DNA of 64,000 nt from Candidatus Anstonellales archaeon. GTDB taxonomy: Archaea; Micrarchaeota; Micrarchaeia; Anstonellales; J096. Location of the stretch: assembly GCA_038896535.1 (NCBI GenBank), contig JAWACY010000002.1, forward strand, positions 160,001 through 224,000, given 5' to 3'. The notes beneath the pieces are model-generated. The model saw nothing but the letters and a program-made list of their open reading frames with translations, ran no database searches and was not told the origin of the DNA. Below are positions 59,850 through 64,000 of the stretch, in pieces. Each line of letters begins with the position of its first letter. The first letter of the stretch is position 1. Both the position numbers and the translations under genes were made by a program.

Positions 59850-60116
59850 CTTATCTTCTTTGCTTTTTGTTTTTATGCTTCCATCTTGGTTTGTTTATGT
59901 TTTTATTTTATTTTGGCTTGCTTTGTATTGCTTTTTATGGCTTTGTATTGCTTTTTATGGCTTTTTATCAGCAGAAGCAAAAGAATTTTTAAATATTTTA
60001 TTTAATTTCTTAAACATAATTTACATAATTTAAATGAGTCATATAATTTAAATGGGTCGTTTAAAATGGGTCGTTTAAAATGCTTTATATAATTGTTTGG
60101 ACATGATTGTTTGGAG

Positions 60117-61352
60117 ATGGTAAAAATGGTAGAATCAATAAATTTATATGCCCCATTATTTTCATTATTCTCATTGTTTGGCATTATTGGTAGTTTTGGG
60201 CAAAGCGCACTTTTATCAGAGTTAATTTTGCCAATTCCTGGAGGAAAGATAACGACTGCCTCATTAGTAGCATTATTAATATTTTTAATTCTTGACCTTA
60301 TTATCTCGATATTTTTAAGTGCTATAACAAAAGTTGCTGAGAAAACAAAAACAGATTTTGATGATGCAATAGTTAGGCTAATAAAGAAAAGAAAAGCTCT
60401 TTTGCTTGCTGTTTTATCTGTTTTCATAGCAGTACAGCTTTTCTATGGAAATATAGAGATTTTCTCAAAAACAATATTTGATTGGTTTTTGGTATTCTTG
60501 ATTATCTATGCTGGCCTGATCTTCTCAGAAATGGCTGATTTGTTATTCTTTTTCTTTATTAAAAATATATCCACAAGCAAAGAGATAAGCCCAGAGGAAA
60601 TTGCTCCATTAGCAAGGAAGGTATTGAAATTCATAATTATATTTATATCAATTATAATAGCTCTTGGCCAGTTTGGAATAGAGATATCTCCATTAATAGC
60701 AGGTCTTGGCATAGGCGGCCTTGCTGTTGGTCTTGCATTGCAGGATACGTTATCAAATTTCTTTTCTGGCATTCATATATTATCAGATAAGCCATTTAGA
60801 AAAGGGGATTATGTAATAATTGGCAATACTGATGGGTTTGTTGAAGAGATCGGCTGGAGGTCAACAAAAATACAAAAGTTCAATAAAAATTTAATTATAA
60901 TAATACCAAATAAAACAATAACTGAAAGTGTAATAACAAATCTTGGTCAAGAAAACATTCCTTATGTGCATACAGTGAATTTCAGCGTTGGTTATGGTGT
61001 GAGCATAAACAAATTAAGAAAAATTTATAATGAAATAATAAAAAAACTTATAGAAGAAAATTTTGTGATTCACGATAAAAATAACAAACCAGAGCTCAGA
61101 TTAACAAATTTTGGAGCTGATGGGCTTGAATTTACTGCTGTTTTTCCAGTTCCTCATTATACAAAAAGGTTTAACACACAATCAAGATTCCTTGAATTGT
61201 TATATAACAGATTAGCAGAGGAAAATATAGACATTCCATATCCACAAAGAGTTATACACATAAAAGATATAAGTGAGATTATGAGATTACAAAATATGAA
61301 ATTTGAGGGAAATATTGGAAAATTAAGAAAAGGAAGGACTGGGAAGAGATAA
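60117..61352 (+). CDS. mscS: Small-conductance mechanosensitive channel
   Basis: AGLGIGGLAVGLALQDTLSNFFSG, KPFRKGD, G.VEEIGWRST, IIPN, IDIPYPQ. Confidence 0.93.
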   Translation: MVKMVESINLYAPLFSLFSLFGIIGSFGQSALLSELILPIPGGKITTASLVALLIFLILDLIISIFLSAITKVAEKTKTDFDDAIVRLIKKRKALLLAVLSVFIAVQLFYGNIEIFSKTIFDWFLVFLIIYAGLIFSEMADLLFFFFIKNISTSKEISPEEIAPLARKVLKFIIIFISIIIALGQFGIEISPLIAGLGIGGLAVGLALQDTLSNFFSGIHILSDKPFRKGDYVIIGNTDGFVEEIGWRSTKIQKFNKNLIIIIPNKTITESVITNLGQENIPYVHTVNFSVGYGVSINKLRKIYNEIIKKLIEENFVIHDKNNKPELRLTNFGADGLEFTAVFPVPHYTKRFNTQSRFLELLYNRLAEENIDIPYPQRVIHIKDISEIMRLQNMKFEGNIGKLRKGRTGKR

Positions 61353-61457
61353 GTAAAGGAATGTAAGTAAAGAGTAAAGAAATGTAAGTAAAGAAAAAGA
61401 AAAGCAAGAAAAGGAAAAAATTTAAAAAGCCATTTTAAAGATATTTTGGGTGAGCCA

Positions 61458-63797
61458 ATGAAATATGTAAAATGGTTCAAAGAGCTGTCAAAAAAGGATG
61501 TAGCAATTGCTGGTGGTAAAGGGGCTAATTTAGGAGAGATGATAAATGCCGGTTTTCCTGTGCCAGATGGTTTTGTAATAACTGCTGATGGTTATAGCTA
61601 TTACATAGAGCAGAATGGCTTAACGAATATCATAATGGATATATTAGCAGCAATAGATGTCAATGATAATAATATGCTGCAATCAGCATCTGAGAGAATA
61701 CAGGATTTAATAATGTCAGGGGCAATACCAAAAGATTTAGAAGAGGAAATACTAAATGCTTATCATGAATTAAATAAAATGGAGGGCAGTGAGCAGTTTG
61801 TTGCTGTTAGAAGTTCAGCAACTGCAGAAGATCTGCCAGAAGCAAGTTTTGCTGGTCAGCAAAGGACATATTTAAATGTCAAAGGAGATTCTGCATTATT
61901 AGAGAGCGTAAAAGGAGCATGGGCATCACTTTTTGAAGCAAGGGCCATATTCTATAGAGAACAGCAGGGGTTTGAGCATGCAAAAGTTAAGCTTGCTGCA
62001 GTTGTGCAGAAGATGGTTAATAGTGAAAAAGCAGGGGTCATGTTTACAGTTGATCCAGTTTTGCAAGATGAAAACATTTTAAGTATTGAAGCTGCATATG
62101 GCCTTGGGGAGGTTGTTGTTTCTGGTAGTGTTACTCCAGATACATATAGAGTAAATAAAAAAACCCTTGATATAGTTGAGAAAGATATAGCAAAACAAGA
62201 ATGGATGTTAATAAGAGCAGAAAAAGAAAATAAAAGAGTTGATGTACAAGAGCCTATGAGAAAAATGCAAAAATTAAATGACGATGAAATAAAGGAGCTT
62301 GCAAAGATTGGTATAAAAATAGAAGAGCATTATAAATTCCCACAAGACATAGAATGGGCATATGAGAATAATAAATTTTACATAGTGCAATCTAGGCCAA
62401 TAACAACATTAAAGAAAGGCAAGCAAACAAAAGCAGAAACAAAGGCAGAAGAGCAAATAAAAATTGAAGAAAAGAAAATACTTTTAAAGGGGCTTGCTGC
62501 ATCCCCTGGCATTGGGGTCGGAAAAGTAAAAATAATAACTAAAAAAGAAGAACTTGGAAAAATACAGCAGGGCGATATACTCGTTACAAAGATGACTAAT
62601 CCAGATTACGTGCCTGCAATGAAAAGGGCAAGCGCCATAGTTACAGATGAGGGCGGGCTAACAAGCCATGCAGCAATAGTCAGCAGAGAGCTTGGAATAC
62701 CAGCAATTGTTGGAACAGGAAATGCAACACAGGTATTGAAAGAGGGCATGGAAATAACAGTTGATGCAAAAACTGGTGTTGTTTATGAAGGCAGAGTGTT
62801 TGAAGCAGTGAAAAAGGAAAAAGAAGAAAAAGCAACTTTTGTTAGTGCTTACACACCATCAACAGCAACAAAAATTTATGTTAATTTAGCAGAGCCGGAG
62901 TTAGCACAAAAGATTGCTGAAATGCCTGTTGATGGAGTTGGCTTATTAAGAGCTGAATTCATGATTGCTGGAATGGGCAAGCATCCAATGGTTTTTGTAA
63001 AGGAAAATAGACAGAATGAGTTTATAAATAAGCTTGCAGAAGGGCTGAGAACATTTGCTGCTGCATTCTACCCAAGGCCTGTTGTTTATAGAGCCACTGA
63101 TTTCAAAACAAATGAATACAGAAATCTGGAGGGCGGCCAGGAATTTGAACCGCATGAAGAAAATCCCATGATTGGTTTTAGAGGGGCAAGCAGGTATATA
63201 AAACAAGAAGAAGTATTTAGGATGGAGTTGAGAGCAATAAAAAAAGTCAGAGAAGAAGATGGGTTAAAGAATTTGTGGCTCATGATACCATTTGTCAGAA
63301 GAACAGGAGAGCTAAGAGCTATTAAACAGATCATGGAATCAGAAGGACTTTATAGAACAAAAGATTTTAAGCTCTGGATAATGGTTGAAGTGCCATCAAC
63401 TGTTTTTAATATAGAGGAATTTATAAAAGAGGGCATTGATGGCGTAAGCATTGGAAGCAATGACCTAACACAGCTTATACTTGGCATTGATAGAGATAAC
63501 GCAATCCTTGGTAGAGATTTTGATGAGAGAAATTCTGCTGTTTTAAAAGCAATAAAGCATGTAATAAAAGCAGCAAGAAAGCATGGCATTACATCAAGCT
63601 TGTGCGGACAAGCGCCGAGTGTTTATCCAGAATTTGCTGAAATACTCGTTGAAGCTGGCATAACCAGCATTAGTGTAAATCCTGATGCAATAGAAAGGAC
63701 AAGAAAAATCGTTGCAAGCGCAGAGAAAAAAGTTATGACGGAAAAATTAAGAATTTTAACAGAAAGAAATGCAGAAAAAGATAATAAGGGGATTTAA
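61458..63797 (+). CDS. ppsA: Phosphoenolpyruvate synthase
   Basis: GGKGANLGE, AVRSSATAED, SFAGQ, GGLTSHAAIVSRE, GVGLLRAEF, SIGSNDLTQ, CGQAPS. Confidence 0.97.
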   Translation: MKYVKWFKELSKKDVAIAGGKGANLGEMINAGFPVPDGFVITADGYSYYIEQNGLTNIIMDILAAIDVNDNNMLQSASERIQDLIMSGAIPKDLEEEILNAYHELNKMEGSEQFVAVRSSATAEDLPEASFAGQQRTYLNVKGDSALLESVKGAWASLFEARAIFYREQQGFEHAKVKLAAVVQKMVNSEKAGVMFTVDPVLQDENILSIEAAYGLGEVVVSGSVTPDTYRVNKKTLDIVEKDIAKQEWMLIRAEKENKRVDVQEPMRKMQKLNDDEIKELAKIGIKIEEHYKFPQDIEWAYENNKFYIVQSRPITTLKKGKQTKAETKAEEQIKIEEKKILLKGLAASPGIGVGKVKIITKKEELGKIQQGDILVTKMTNPDYVPAMKRASAIVTDEGGLTSHAAIVSRELGIPAIVGTGNATQVLKEGMEITVDAKTGVVYEGRVFEAVKKEKEEKATFVSAYTPSTATKIYVNLAEPELAQKIAEMPVDGVGLLRAEFMIAGMGKHPMVFVKENRQNEFINKLAEGLRTFAAAFYPRPVVYRATDFKTNEYRNLEGGQEFEPHEENPMIGFRGASRYIKQEEVFRMELRAIKKVREEDGLKNLWLMIPFVRRTGELRAIKQIMESEGLYRTKDFKLWIMVEVPSTVFNIEEFIKEGIDGVSIGSNDLTQLILGIDRDNAILGRDFDERNSAVLKAIKHVIKAARKHGITSSLCGQAPSVYPEFAEILVEAGITSISVNPDAIERTRKIVASAEKKVMTEKLRILTERNAEKDNKGI

Positions 63798-64000
63798 CTA
63801 ACATAACTCTAAATTAACCAACATAATATAAAATAATATAAACTAACATAACATAAGGCTGATAATATAAGGCCGGGTTTGGCATGGTTTGGTTATTGCC
63901 GGTTTAGCTTGGCAAGTTAAGGAAAATGATAACAATGATTTTTCTGTTTTATTCTTCTGCTTTCTTATTCGTGTTTTCTTGTTTTTCTTGCCAGTAGTTT

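Noticed and set aside
3..63589. Numerous antisense ORFs rich in F/S/L/I in the ORF track
   Set aside because: Shadow frames of A-rich genes on the opposite strand
63870..63920. GGTTT-type pentamer repeats after ppsA
   Set aside because: Short, imperfect and at the window edge; cannot be interpreted

Overview
Low-GC archaeal chromosome segment. The gene set (archaeal GluRS, Taw1, PCNA, S19e/L39e/L31e/aIF6, RtcB + archease, Nre, PAC2, SecDF), BHB-intron tRNAs, an unlinked 5S rRNA and many compact orphan genes suggest a DPANN archaeon, possibly Micrarchaeota (inference, no search run). It holds about 64 CDS, four tRNAs (Val-TAC, Trp-CCA with intron, Ile-TAT with intron, Gly-GCC) and a 5S rRNA. 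No CRISPR-Cas, integrase or transposase was recognised. The most striking unexplained structure is a pair of homologous, mutually inverted arrays of 37-38 bp palindromic units (GTAAGAAGGC-N17/18-GCCTTCTTAC, basic period 66 bp). Eight units lie between taw1 and pcn, and four lie directly after tRNA-Ile. Other notable items are a rare tRNA-Ile(UAU), a RelA/SpoT-type synthetase domain with a coupled partner gene, a lysozyme/lytic-transglycosylase-like protein, a clan-CD-like peptidase, a copper cassette with a candidate operator, wHTH proteins near smc, and two GC-rich intergenic elements that may be small RNAs.
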